The notes under the pieces were generated by a model. The model ran no database searches. It was not told where the DNA came from and saw only the letters and a list, made by a program, of their open reading frames with translations. The position numbers and the translations under genes are program-made. Below, piece by piece: positions 1 to 12,531 of a DNA stretch of 64,000 bases. Within the stretch, counting starts at the first letter, position 1. The number at the start of each line of letters is the position of its first letter. The stretch spans positions 15,292,784-15,356,783 of the forward strand of contig CM121341.1 of the NCBI GenBank assembly GCA_051530055.1, written 5' to 3'. Source of the DNA: Neoechinorhynchus agilis (taxonomy: Eukaryota > Animalia > Acanthocephala).

Positions 1-1481
1 AGCAAAAATACAGTGCCTTCGATCGAGAGCTGCAGCAAATTATCTTGCGATCCGACATTTCCGTTATGCTGTGGAAGAACGCTTTTTGACGGTTTTCACG
101 GATCATCGACCACTCACTTTCGCAATAACACGAGTATCGGATCCATGGTCAGCACGGCAACAACGACACCTGAGCTATATTTCCGAGTATACCACAGACA
201 TCCAGCACGTTAGCGGACGTAACAATAGCTTGGCCGATACACTCTCTAGAGCAATATTGAATAACGTCGCCGAGGGTATATCCTTTGAAGAGATGTCGCG
301 AGCACAAAAAGATGACTCGGAAACACAGGCTTTACGTACAGCAAAGACTGGATTGCGTCTCCTTGATGTTCCAATTGGGGATGGTGAGATGACCATTTTG
401 TGCGATATTTCAACAGGAAGGCAAAGGCCGTTAGTACCCGTTGCTTGGAGACGCCGCGTTTTTGATGCCGTCCACGAACCTCGAATCGGAGCTACGCGCA
501 AGTTGGTGTCGAGCAAGTTCGTCTGGCAGGGTCTCGTCAAGGACGTGGGAAACTGGACGAAAATGTGTCTAGCCTGTCAAAAAGTGAAGATTCATCGACA
601 CGTTAAAGCACCGCCGGAAATATTCGATGCACCTACAAACAGATTTGCACACATACACGTGGATCTCGTAGGCCCTCTCCCACCTTCTCAGGGATTCACA
701 CACTTGTTGACGATAATAGATCGGTTCACGCGTTGGCCAGAAGCGATTTCACTTTCAAAAACCGACACACTTTCATGTGCGCGAGCTTTGGTCAGCAATT
801 GGATTTCGCGATTCGGGGTTCCGACGGATATCACCTCAGATAGGGGAGCGCAATTCACCTCCAAAATATGGACCGACATGTCGACCCTATTTGGCACCAA
901 ATTACACCACACGACAGCTTATCATCCACAGTCCAACGGTATGGTCGAAAGGATGCACCGGCACCTGAAAAACGTCCTTAAAAGCCCGTCTCAAATGTGC
1001 CAATTGGTATGACGAGCTACCGTGGGTCCTGCTGGGCACGAGGACATCGCCTAAATCCGATTTTGGGACGTCATCCGCTGAACAAGTCTACGGGAGCCCA
1101 ATTAGAGTTCCCAGCGATTTCGTTAGCCCTACACCGACATGAGCCAATCAAGGAAACCAACTCGAAAGTTTGCGCGATCGGATCCGTCCGTTAGTCCCCG
1201 TACCGACGTCACGACATGGAAATATCTCGACCTACGTCCCAAAAGCCCTTAAGATCGCACGCCATGTGTTCGTCAGGAGTGAGCAGATCGGAGGACCGCT
1301 GCTGCCAGCATACAGAGGACCCTACAGAGTAATCGAAGCAGGTGAAAAATATTTCACGATTGATTATAGAGGACGCAACGAAACGATTGCGATAGACAGG
1401 CTGAAACCCGCGCATTGTGACCCTTCCTCCACAGTCGAAGCCGACATACCACGCAAGCGAGGACGGCCACGGAAGACTTAG
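1..1481 (+). mobile_element. Gypsy/Ty3 LTR-retrotransposon pol fragment (RNase H end, integrase zinc-binding and core domains, GPY/F tail), frameshifted; 5' part lies outside the window
   Basis: ORF 71-1012 has TDHRPL, HIHVDLVGPLP, DITSDRGAQFTS and HHTTAYHPQSNGMVER. ORF 1170-1481 has LLPAYRGPYRV. The frames are broken near 1000-1170. A purine-rich tract near 1490-1500 followed by TGT...ACA (about 1501-1600) may be a PPT and short LTR (weak). Confidence 0.9.
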
Positions 1482-1659
1482 CGGAGCCTCTTGGGGGAGC
1501 TGTGTGGCGAGTACGTCAGAGGTCCACCAATCGATATGCACGCATGTTGCATGGAGTACAACTAGAAAACAGAGCCGTTGGTTTTTTGAGTTGAACTACA
1601 ACCTGATGTAGCGCTTTTAAACATTCTATATATTTTGAAGTCTGGCAAACCAGTAACTT

Positions 1660-1735
1660 TTGAGTATTTATCTATGTGTGGGCCTGTTTCACAGCTTATA
1701 ATTTTCCTTTGGCACACAGCCCATCGATCGATGAA
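1660..1735 (-). repeat. Isolated copy of the 3' segment of the tRNA-derived repeat at 53.7-54.9 kb
   Basis: Minus-strand GATGGGCTGTGTGCCAAAGGAAAATTATAAGCTGTGAAACAGGCCCACACATAGAT resembles GGTGGGCTGTGTGCCCAAAAATTATCAGCCGTGTTATAAAAGGCCACACATTGAT near 54640-54695. Confidence 0.55.
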
Positions 1736-1744
1736 GATGAGATC

Positions 1745-2080
1745 GTCGGCATATAAAAAAGTTTAGATGTTTAAGGTCGTTTGGGAAAATATTAAAAAGA
1801 AGTGGTAACAGGACGGCGCTCGGAGGTACGCCCTTGGTGAAGGATAGTCTGATAGAGGAGGTAGTCACCCAATCACCACCCCACCTCTCCCTCTCCTTAA
1901 TCTCTAACGAAATCACACCCATAAAAGATTTCTGGAGCAATCACAAACTCAACCTGAATTTCTCTAAATGCTTCGAAATAGTCCCTTCATTCTGCCGAAA
2001 CCCCACATTCAACCTCGAGCTTCCAAATGACATCCTTTGCGACTGTGAAGATAAGATTCGAGCCAGCGGATATGCCACAA
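1745..2080. mobile_element. Decayed LINE (CR1/L2/Jockey-like) reverse-transcriptase fragments in opposite orientations
   Basis: Minus strand about 1745-1860 reads GVPPSAVLLPLLFNIFPNDL then (frameshift) YADDL. Plus strand about 1915-2060 reads FWSNHKLNLNFSKCFEI, typical of the region just after the RT core. Confidence 0.55.
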
Positions 2081-3489
2081 GTTGAGACCAAAGGCACCAA
2101 TTGAGAAGCTATGGATGGCAGATCATCTAAAGTCTTTAAAAAAAGACTACGAACCCTGAGCTATATCGTATTCACTTGTTATCACGAAAATGAAATTAAC
2201 AACTTTTTGAGTTTTCTACTTTCATCTTCCAAATGTTTCGGAATTCATAAGATTCAAATTTCATAGGTTGGCGAGTAAAAAATTCCTGACTATTGATCTA
2301 AGACTTTATCCCTTTGAACAATCGTAGCTCGTCTCACATTCGAACTTCTAAATTTAATTTTAAAACAACATTTCTAATCTGAATGATGTGTTCCTCTCGA
2401 CCTTCCGATGCCTTTCTTTGGAAAATTCAGCCTGTTTGTAATCAACTCAAATTGATTTCTTGACAATAAACTTAAAGGCAGTTTTATGCAATATTTGTTG
2501 CAGACTTCCGAAAATATATTTTAACTTTGAGGACATGAGTAATTCGACAAGTGACACTAACCTTAAAACCTCGACGAAACGCAAACAGTTCACGCCACCC
2601 TGAATTCCAGATTATTTTATGCTACAATACTAAGTTTATTCGCATGATTTCTCTTACTCACATTAAACCGATGACCTAGAATTATCGATTAAATCTTGAG
2701 GAACAAAAAAGTTTGTTCCAAGTTCATTGCTAAATGATCAAGAATATTAAAGTCTTTCAAATAATTGAGTGTTGCTCAGTTGTTTTTCTAAAAAGATTCA
2801 ATAAATCCATGATGGGGTTAATGAAGCGCTATTGAAAAGCCAAAGATAATTTACATTCTGCAGTTGCTTTTTTCCGTTAATTTTCACTTAGTCAAGGATT
2901 CAGTTAAATTCCTTCTGTTCGATATGCAACACTGGTTGCCTCTAAAGTTAATGGCCACCTTTGATGCAAACATTGTCGAATTGAGCGACGAGTTTGACAT
3001 AGACGAATAGGATCTCTAATCGATTAATATTTTCTTGTAATGTAGATAGAAGGTAGGGAAAGTTCCGTTTCCACAACTTGTATTTGCGAGATGCTCCATC
3101 CTCATGTGGCAACGTGTTGCATTTTTCGACAATTTTATTGCCGCTTGTTGTTGTACTTGGTTCGCTGGATAGCGAGGAATCGTTCATTGTGATTGAATTA
3201 AATTGTTGTATTAACCAAACTGTGGTTTTAATTCAATCACAAACACACAACCGTATTTATTGAACACTCAGACCAGACACACGCGAAGTATTAGTTAAAG
3301 GACCAATCATTGACTCCTTAAAATTCCAAGTAAAAAGTGATTCACCCCATTGCGACCACGATAGTGTTTTTGCGCAAGCTTGATTAGCTTGCATTGATTA
3401 TCTTGAAATGAGGGATCTTAGATTTCTCATTGATTTACATTTTATAATTTCCTAAGTACAAGGACAAAAAGTATTTACAAACATTCATG

Positions 3490-4170
3490 CCACCGCTCTG
3501 GATCACTCAGCTGCCGTCCTGGTGTAACGCTCGAAAGGACGGATGCAGAGTTCCCTTGTTGCACATCCAGACTAATGTGTTGTTGGAGTAAAGCTCCTGC
3601 CCTCTGATCGCCAGTGATTCATCTCAATCTCTTAGACAATTGTTTGACCTGGTCCTGCGCAGCCGCCTCTCAGGGCGGTTGCCGCTCACACCGGTTTAAC
3701 GGCGGGGAATTTTATGCCGATGGCTACGAGCGTGCCCATACACGTGGCGTCCCAGAGAAGGCATTTCCTTCTCGCCACGGGAATACTGCGACACCGTCCA
3801 GTCTACGACCATCGAGTCGGCAAAGATTGCTCGGCTCTAGGATGTTGGGCGCATTCACAGTATTCAGTTCACAACTAAGAATTGCGTTCACTTCGAAGTG
3901 TAGTAACTACCTTCCGCTTGATTGCCGACAGACGAGACCATGGCGTCCCGATGGTTCCACTGTCGCTCCGCAACGGCAGCAATTGGATGTACACATCGGT
4001 ACCCCAAGTCTCAGGGACACGGCAATCCTTACTGTCTCGACGGAGAGAAGAGTACCCATAGAAACGATAGGGATAGCGTTGAGTCAAACACCCGATACTT
4101 TAATGGAGACTGCCGCCAATCTCATTCAAAGTGTGATTCTCGCCAAGGACGGATTGAAATATTTTACGAC
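3490..4170 (-). mobile_element. CRE-like non-LTR retrotransposon 3' fragment (zinc knuckle + restriction-like endonuclease + 3' UTR)
   Basis: Reverse-complement homolog of the plus-strand copy at 59620-60365, including the shared 3' UTR motif GGCAGCTGAGTGATCCA. Confidence 0.8.
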
Positions 4171-5000
4171 TTGCTTCTTACGATCCCAAATAAGCTGGCA
4201 GAGAAATGTCGGCTGCTTTTCGGATACCCAAACCGCCGGACGACACAGGTAAGGACGCATGACACCAGGTCTCGTCCGACAGCTGAGTGCCGCAGCGTGA
4301 ATTACGGGGTCTATGGATCCTAAGAACTCCTGTTTTCGCCAGGGAGAAAATCCCATTACAAATTTCACAGAATCCTGTTAAGAGAAGCTAAATAGAATTA
4401 TCGCAATATCACGGTAGCTTACCTCGAAAAAAGAATCCATGTTTGTTTTTAAAGAATCCTGTAATAAAATTTCTCGAGCAGGCGCAATACCGGACTTACC
4501 TTTATGAAATCGCAAGAACATTAGATTTTGGGCGATGAAAAAAGTTCAGCGGAAGTATATTTAACCAACTTATTTGCGCAGTTAACTAGATATACTAGTT
4601 ACGAACACGTGCGCGTTCATAATGCGCTTGATATGTCGAAGGTTCAATCGCAAGTTTCTCCACTGTAATAAGCTAGCATTCACATTATTGAAAATTGGAT
4701 TTTTTTTATCAACAATGAAACTATTAAAATCGTCTTTTAGCTATAAAACAATTTAAAGTAGATCTCATCGCCACCTCAAGGAATTCTAACATATCGAATA
4801 AATACAAATCGCTGCCAAGAAGAGCAGCTAAAAATCTAACAAAAAATATACCCAAATGTTTTCAACTGGATTCACAATTAACTTAATATGAGATTTTAAT
4901 TACGGTTTCGCGGTCCAAAAAAGTGGAAAACAATACAAGCAAAAATTTTGAACGCTATGCGAAAAATAAGAACTAAACTTTCAACATTTTTAAGGAGAAT

Positions 5001-5075
5001 TTCCACCGGTAGGAATCGAACCTACTGCCTCCCGTTACTTAAGACGGGCGCTCTCCCAGTATGAGCTACAGTGGT
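5001..5075 (-). tRNA. tRNA-like gene or pseudogene with a Thr-like body and an abnormal 8-nt anticodon loop (CTTAAGTA)
   Basis: Cloverleaf ACCACTG-TA-GCTC/GAGC-G-CCCGT/ACGGG-AGGCA-GTAGG-TTCGATT-CCTAC-CGGTGGA-A. A and B boxes are present; there is a 1:72 A-A mismatch. Confidence 0.7.
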
Positions 5076-5280
5076 GTTCAACGAAAATAAAAAACGGTTT
5101 TACAGCCCATTGTACTTGACTCATTTCAGTATGAAATAAACAAAAACTCGGATATTGACGAAAATTATATAAAATATATTAGTAAATAAGATCGAATTGA
5201 AAGCATAGAACGTTGGGAATGTTCACGCTCACAAAATAAACAAATAAAATTAGGCGATTTTAAATTTTTGCATTTATACC

Positions 5281-5376
5281 ACCGGCGACATGCGCTCCAG
5301 CAGCTTCGTGTTGCAGCGAATCAGCGAGGCGATCCAACGCGGCAATGCCGCGGTCATCAAGGAAGCTGCCGAATAA
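5281..5376 (+). mobile_element. 5'-truncated CRE-like 3' stub
   Basis: Translates TGDMRSSSFVLQRISEAIQRGNAAVIKEAAE*, homologous to the C-terminus TGDARTGVFLRQNISLAVQRSNAASVIET of ORF 57436-57897. Confidence 0.7.
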
Positions 5377-5636
5377 TCATGACAGTTGCAGAATTGGACT
5401 TTGCTTTAAACTTTACTTTCTGTAGATAATTATAAAAGTTTAGAAAATAAATTTCAAGACGAAACAATAAAAAACTATGATATTGGCGAAAAAATTAAAA
5501 AAAGTAAATCAGATCGAATTAAAAGCATAAAGCGTCGAGAATGTTTATGCTCCCCAAAATTGTGGGGATCGATTGGATTTTCACATTTTAAGTGGACATA
5601 CTCAAAAACTTGGAATTTCAATAATATTAAAAAACC

Positions 5637-5780
5637 ACTGGAGAGCCAAGATCGACGTCGTTCTTGGCGCAAAAAATAAGCATTGCGGTGCAGCGGGGCA
5701 ATGCGGCTAGCATTTTGGCCAGCGCCGATGAATAGGAGCGTCGAAGAAACTATAAATTATGTATGCTTGCTTTTGGTTAA
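5637..5780 (+). mobile_element. 5'-truncated CRE-like 3' stub with 3' UTR
   Basis: Translates TGEPRSTSFLAQKISIAVQRGNAASILASADE*. A near-identical inverted copy lies at 29103-29193. Confidence 0.75.
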
Positions 5781-5960
5781 ATAATATTAAAATGGTTTCT
5801 AAAAGCATAAAAAGTTGAAAATGTTTAAGAAACTCAAGCTGAAATACGAGCACATAATTAAAGCGCAAAAGACCTCAGCGCGGCTCCCCCTCCTCTGCCA
5901 GTGGCGTTCAATTTGCTCGATTTTTAAACTGATTTACGAGCCATCTCCACAAAAAACTGT

Positions 5961-6583
<623 letters not shown>

Positions 6584-8354
6584 CTAGAACGTGAGAGCTG
6601 AACGTGAACGACATGGGAACACGCGAAACGAATAACGGTTGCGTTTGGCGTGTCGAAAGTGAATGTAGCGTGAAAGTGTCGCCGCACGAGAGAGATGCAC
6701 CACCAAGAACGATGACGCGTAACAAAACACGAGGAAAAGTGTTGGCAGAAAAATGCCAGGGTTTCAAATGACCGCTGTTTCGCTGAAAGAATTCTAAATT
6801 GATGACGTCGAAAAAACACTTGGAAACAACGATGAACATTTGTTGGAAATCATCAGTGAATGTATGAATCCGGTAAGCAAGCGAAACTAAGAAATTTTGT
6901 TGTTTGAATGCGAAGGACAAAATATTTTGGCAGAATTAACACATTTAATCTCTATTGTTCTCATCACCAAACAAAATGGAGCAACTCAACCGAATAGGGG
7001 TTGGTTTGGGGGTCACTAATAAAATATTGCCATCTATATTTATTATTCTTTACAACTAAAATTAAATCAATTTGTAAGTAGAAATATTTAGTTCCTCTGT
7101 AAAATATAAACATCTCTCTCTGTCATAAACAAAAAGTCCTTGTACCCCACAAATTAGTGTTGGAATTCTTGGAAAACAAAGACAATTATTTACAAAAACA
7201 ATTTAATTAGCGCAAAAAATGACATGGCCCATATGACTAATTTAACGAAACTAATTTGAAACTGAAAGGTAATCAAACTAAAAGCGTAGTTTCTGAGTAA
7301 ACATAACTTTAAAAAGAGGATCCCCTCGGCTTTCGAAAGTGCACTGTAGAGATGAAGATTTACTTGTGCAGATTCCCCCTCAAACTCAGATCCTAAAATA
7401 CAGATGAATCCAAAAGCTGCTTATTAAAATATCCACAAATGAGGAACTGAAACCCCCTGCATTTTACACAAAAGTTGTCAATTCCTTTCCCGTTTTTTTA
7501 TTTGGTAGAACGTGGATTCAGTGCTGTTATGAACCCTACGACAAACAAAAGAATCCGACTAGATCGGTGGTGGCGATTTTCGGTTGATGGTTATTGATCC
7601 AGACATGAATACCCCCATTTCATCAAGTTCACGGTTTTAAACAGAACTTTTTTCTAAGGAAAGGGGTAAGTTTTACACCTGAAAAAGAATGCTCAGGTCA
7701 AAAACGTTTGGGAACCACTGCAATAGAATGAAGCGCAAGCACAAAAGAGGGGCGTGCCTTTTTTCGTAGGGAAGAATCTTTTGTCTTAAAATCTTCACGA
7801 TTATGACTCACAGACAAAGAGAGTCGACGCAAATTTGACCGCAAAAAATTTTTGAGGCAATGATCCATCTGAGTTAAACATTCTTTGTCAATTTAGAATG
7901 ACCGACAATCTCTCTCTTTAGTTTAATAAAATGAAGAGACCAAAAAGTTGTATGTGTGTGCCAAAAGCTTTTCGGTAATAAACATGAATTGTCTGCTTGG
8001 TTGAATAAACAACGCCGAACTGAAAAAGGACTGATATGGAGGACGTGCTTCGCAAAAAATAACGAAAACTTCGATGGCAATGATCTATTTGTCAGATTTT
8101 TATTTCTTGGAATATTGTCCTTGGGTGGAAAAGATACTTCCTTTTTCTTAGTTTTGCCACCGCCGGGGATTTAACTTCACAAATGATTTATTTTCCTGAT
8201 ATTCACGTCGGCAACAAAATAGGTTGCGAAAAAATGACAAACCTCATGAAAATATCGGAATTATCCTCAGCTAAAAATCGGAAATAAATAATCAGTGAAT
8301 TTAAATAACCGGGGTGGGTACCAGAAAAAGAAAACATTTTTATTTGTTCATATT

Positions 8355-10579
8355 CTACTCATCCTCATTTTGGGCGATTAGTTCAACCTTTTCGGCCATT
8401 TGATCGTCCTTAGTACACATTTTTTAATTGGGACAATTTAAAAAAGTACTTACTTGAAGCGTCCAAGAAATTCGGATTTGCGTAGGTGATGAGCGTTTAA
8501 TCTCAATCGAAGTATCCTTTATTCTCATTGACATTTCAGTCTCAACCACGGCATCTATTCCTTTCGCAGCGAAAATATGTTTCAGATTTTCTAGATAGTT
8601 GGAAAATTATATCAGAGGATTCTATGGAAGCCAAAGGACGCAAGAACCCAATGAAATGAACAGTTGACGAAAATTCGATTTTGGCACCTGTTTCAGTGGT
8701 TGAAAAAGAGTCCAATGGCAAAATTAGGGAATCCTAAAGACATACTGAAAACAACTAAGTGCTTGGTGCTTCAAATACCCCTTTGTTCAATACCAAGATT
8801 CCTTCAACCATGGTTTCATTTATTGCTTTTTCGGATATATTGCAATGTATCTTTCGTTCAGTCTGGATCTCGATCGTCTGACCGTTTGCTGGTCGATAAT
8901 AAGGAATATTGGGCAAAGAAATGTGAGTTGTGCTCAGATATTCTATAAAGTGATCCATCTTCTGCCTTTCGCCGTGAACGAGTACAACAGCTTTCGGTCG
9001 GCAGGTCTCGATTAGCTGGATAATTCCTTTAGCGTCAGCATGAGCCGAAAACGATAGGTATTGTACTTCCAATCGGGCGTTAATAACTTCGTTATTTTCG
9101 AACACAAAACGTCGCTCGCCTTTTATGAGTTTATCACCAACGGTTCCTTTAACGCAGTATCCAGGAAGTACAATCATGTTCTTTGGATTAGGCGCTAGTT
9201 TTCGAAAAAGCTGCAATGATGTCCCTGCGTGTAGCATCCCTGGAGTTGCAAATATAACTGCCGGTCCCGCTTCGGAGGCGATCAAAGCGTGCTCTCTCGC
9301 TCGAAACGGTCTAATGTGTCTAAAATCAAATACGCCTCCCGTATCACCTTCCATTCTACGATTCAAAACGTTCTCACTTGTCCATGTAATGAACATTTTG
9401 TAGAAATTTACAGCCTAAATTCAATTTTCGCGAGGTGTTTTTTCTTCAGAACTCCCTTTACCTTCTCCGTCAATCCAGTAGAGAAATAAACAGGAACCGT
9501 GATGTTCTGCCTCGTCCAATGTGAATCGAGAAGTATACAGAGCTCTTGAGCTCTACCGAGAGCAAAACAAGGAATAAGAACCTATTAAGATGCCCCTTTT
9601 CACTATTTTATAAGATACATTCCAAATTACCTTTCCTCCTCGTTGTATGCAATTTTGAACTTTTGCTAGAAAGTCCTGTTCCCGGGAGTAACGAGATCCA
9701 CGGATAGTGGTAGCATAAGTCGATTCAGTGATCAATACGTCCGGCTGACATTCATCAACTCTCGCTGCACCCAAATGTCTATCTGGAGTCATGTTATAAT
9801 CGCCCTATAAAAGCACCGGTTCTGGGATTCTTAAGCATGATTCGAAAGGATAACCGTATACAACGCAGATTCATTTCCTTCTACGGAGATAAGGAACATA
9901 CAAGCTCCAATTACATGCCCCGCATAATACGCCTTAATCCAAAGACCTTCAATCACTTCAATGGTCTCATTAACTCTATCGGCACGCTCATGAGTTTTGA
10001 GAGGCCACTCATGTGTGTGTGCACTCTAATTGTTTTCACTTTCCTCATGCAATTATCAACATCCTCGTCGGTGAAAAAGCTGCTCTCATTTCTTCTGTCC
10101 GGATCGAGATTCTCGTTCATTGTAACGATTTTACGAAAATCTTTCTGTGTTACACTGAGTCGTTTATATATTGGGGAATAAGAAACTCACGAGTAGAACT
10201 GGGCATATCGCTTTAGTTGGGCGGGTCATGTAAATGGGACCATTGTATCCGACAATCTCCGTCATATGTGGAAGAGCTCCACAATGGTCCAAATGGAAGT
10301 GACTGCTTATGAATTCGTGATTGAACGACAAAACATACTCACGATATAAGTACACAATCGATTACACAAGCTAAAGGTTCGTTCATTGATAGAAATTCAA
10401 AGTCCGGAAACCGCCGATCGTCGTCGTAGCCCATATGCATCCCACAGTCCAACATGACGTTTTTGCCTCCAATGCTCAAAATTATGCAACTCTTACCAAC
10501 GTCCTGACCGGCACCTTTTTAATTCTAGTAGATCGAAAGAGATTGAAAGATCAGGAAAACCTAATGGAAGTATCTTCAT
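8355..10579 (-). CDS. INTS11: Integrator subunit 11 / CPSF3-like metallo-beta-lactamase/beta-CASP nuclease, multi-exon
   Basis: Exons give [86 protein letters not shown] and ISWTLQ|DDQ. Most introns are canonical GT-AG; one 50-nt non-canonical interruption lies at 9973-10028, and one junction near 8590-8650 is unresolved. Confidence 0.92.
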
Positions 10580-11269
10580 ATCTGCAAAAATTAGATAAGT
10601 GGACAGAAAAAAGGATAAACAGTCAAAAAATGTGTATTTTTTCGTATCTGCGATGTGTCTAATAAAACTTCAAGGTTATTTACCCAATCAAGGGGAAGAA
10701 ATGAAGATGAAACTCATCCATTCTTAAAATAACCATTGAGGTGAAATGTGACCAATGGAAAAAGTGTCGATGAGCAAGACATTGATTAGATGTAAAATTT
10801 CAAAAAAAACGGATCCGTAATTTATTCCCTTAAATTATAGTTTAGCCGTCGCCTTTACTGTCTAGGACACAATCTTAAGGATGTCGGCGTTTTATTGAAC
10901 GTTCTGGATAGCCTCACGTTGGTACTCGAGTGTAATAATAATAATCCCATCGGTCTGCTCCAACTATGCAAAAGCTCAAAAATATTTTCTCTTTAATTAT
11001 TGTTCAAAAAAGCCGACATCAATCGAATAACACAAACAAAAAATTGAAAATTTGTGATGTGAAATTAAAGAACGCCCAAGTTAGATTCAATAACGATGAT
11101 TAAAGTTATGTTATAGCTTTTTAAAGTCGTTAAAAGATGTATGCAAAAGTCCAAATATATTTTCTTTAATTGCCATTTATATTAAACAGAAACACGAATA
11201 AAAATTCGAAAAAATTCGGCCTTTGATCAATTATAAAATTATAACAAAAATTTTCTTTGTAGAACATAA

Positions 11270-12150
11270 TAAAGTACAAAACGTGCAATCACCACCGTCC
11301 GCAAAATTGGAGCTTCTCTCCTTCCTCGGCCGTCGCTATCACGCCAGCAGCATTGCCTCGTTGTACTGCGAGCGAGATACTTTGTCGCAGGAATACACCT
11401 GCTCGTGCGTTCCCGGTCGTTTCTCTCAATTTCTTCGAGATATGCTAAAGCGGTGGGTGCCGTCCGAAGGGGACAAAATAGTGGGTCCTTGCTAAATCCG
11501 CATATTTTCGTACCTTCCTCCCTTCCGCTGTACTGGCTGCACCTCCAGGGATTTCGAGAGAGTACGGAATGTTGCTTACTGGGAGGGTGTTCACACACGT
11601 GGCGTCCCAGAGAAAGCATTTGCCCTCCCGCCACGGAAAGAACGAAATTCCGTCAGGACGACGATCGCCTAGTCGACAAAGATGGGCGGGTTCCAAGATA
11701 TTGGGGAAGTTCGCCGTTCTCAACGGCCCAGAAATTACGCTATTGATCTCAGAATGGAGTGAGAATCTTCCCCCTGACTTTCGGCAAACGAGACCGTGTC
11801 GCCCGAAAGCATCAACCAAAGATCCACATCGACAGCGATGGTACGTGCATATCGGGAGACCAAGTCTTAAAGACACTGCGATCCTCGTTACCTCATCGGT
11901 GAGAAGAGTTCCCACAGATGCCAGAGGAACAGTCTCCAACCACGCTCCCGACTCTCGTGTCGAAACTGCCAACAATCTAGCTCGGACGACCCTATCGCGA
12001 AAACCTGAAAGTAGAGAGCTGTGAGCTCTCGCGGCGAGAGGTCTGTCCCAGATAGACTGTCTGAGGCCATTCACGGGAACATGGTTAGCGCCTGTCTGCT
12101 GGCACCATTCTTCAACTGCCACCACAAAGTCTTGGTCAAGACAAAACTTT
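11270..12150 (-). mobile_element. CRE-like non-LTR retrotransposon 3' fragment
   Basis: ORF 11445-12167 has RIAVSLRLGL, CRCGSLVDAFGRHGLVC and RRPDGISFFPWREGKCFLWDATCV. Nearly identical to 57430-58310. Confidence 0.85.
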
Positions 12151-12531
12151 TCCCTCTGAATTTTCATTATTCGTCAGAAATGTGCACGTGGGGAAGAATG
12201 AAAGTTATTATTGAACGAATAATGAAAAAAAACAATAAAACTTATCTACAAAGTCGAATGATAACTTTCATCGCAAAATTGCAAACATTTACGGATTTTT
12301 TGTCAACAATGAGCGTCAACGTGAGTCTTAGACACTTTTCAAGAGCTTCATTTAAATGAGTTATTTCTACAAATTTAGAAATTAATTAATAAGTGTAAGA
12401 TTAAATTTCTATACGCCCGATTCATCGCACTGAGAAAACGTATTAAGAGAGAGACAAGAGGCTTACTAAGAGCGTCCACAATTTTCCAGTCGGCTATGTT
12501 ACACACATCCAGCTCCGATCATTGCTGGTTC

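Noticed and set aside
2948-3187. 79-codon minus-strand ORF
   Set aside because: No recognisable motif and no consistent downstream exons could be assembled.
7300-8230. Possible gene(s) suggested by short ORFs on both strands and a 20-nt GT-AG candidate
   Set aside because: No continuous frame or homology; strand cannot be decided.
8590-8650. Weak GGGTTCT/AGAATCC hairpin at an unresolved INTS11 junction
   Set aside because: A phase-1 GT-AG solution exists and the region is too poorly conserved to choose between models.
9805-9856. INTS11 intron starting GTTATCCTTT resembles a U12 donor
   Set aside because: It has an extra T relative to RTATCCTT, no clear U12 branch point, and it works as an ordinary GT-AG intron.
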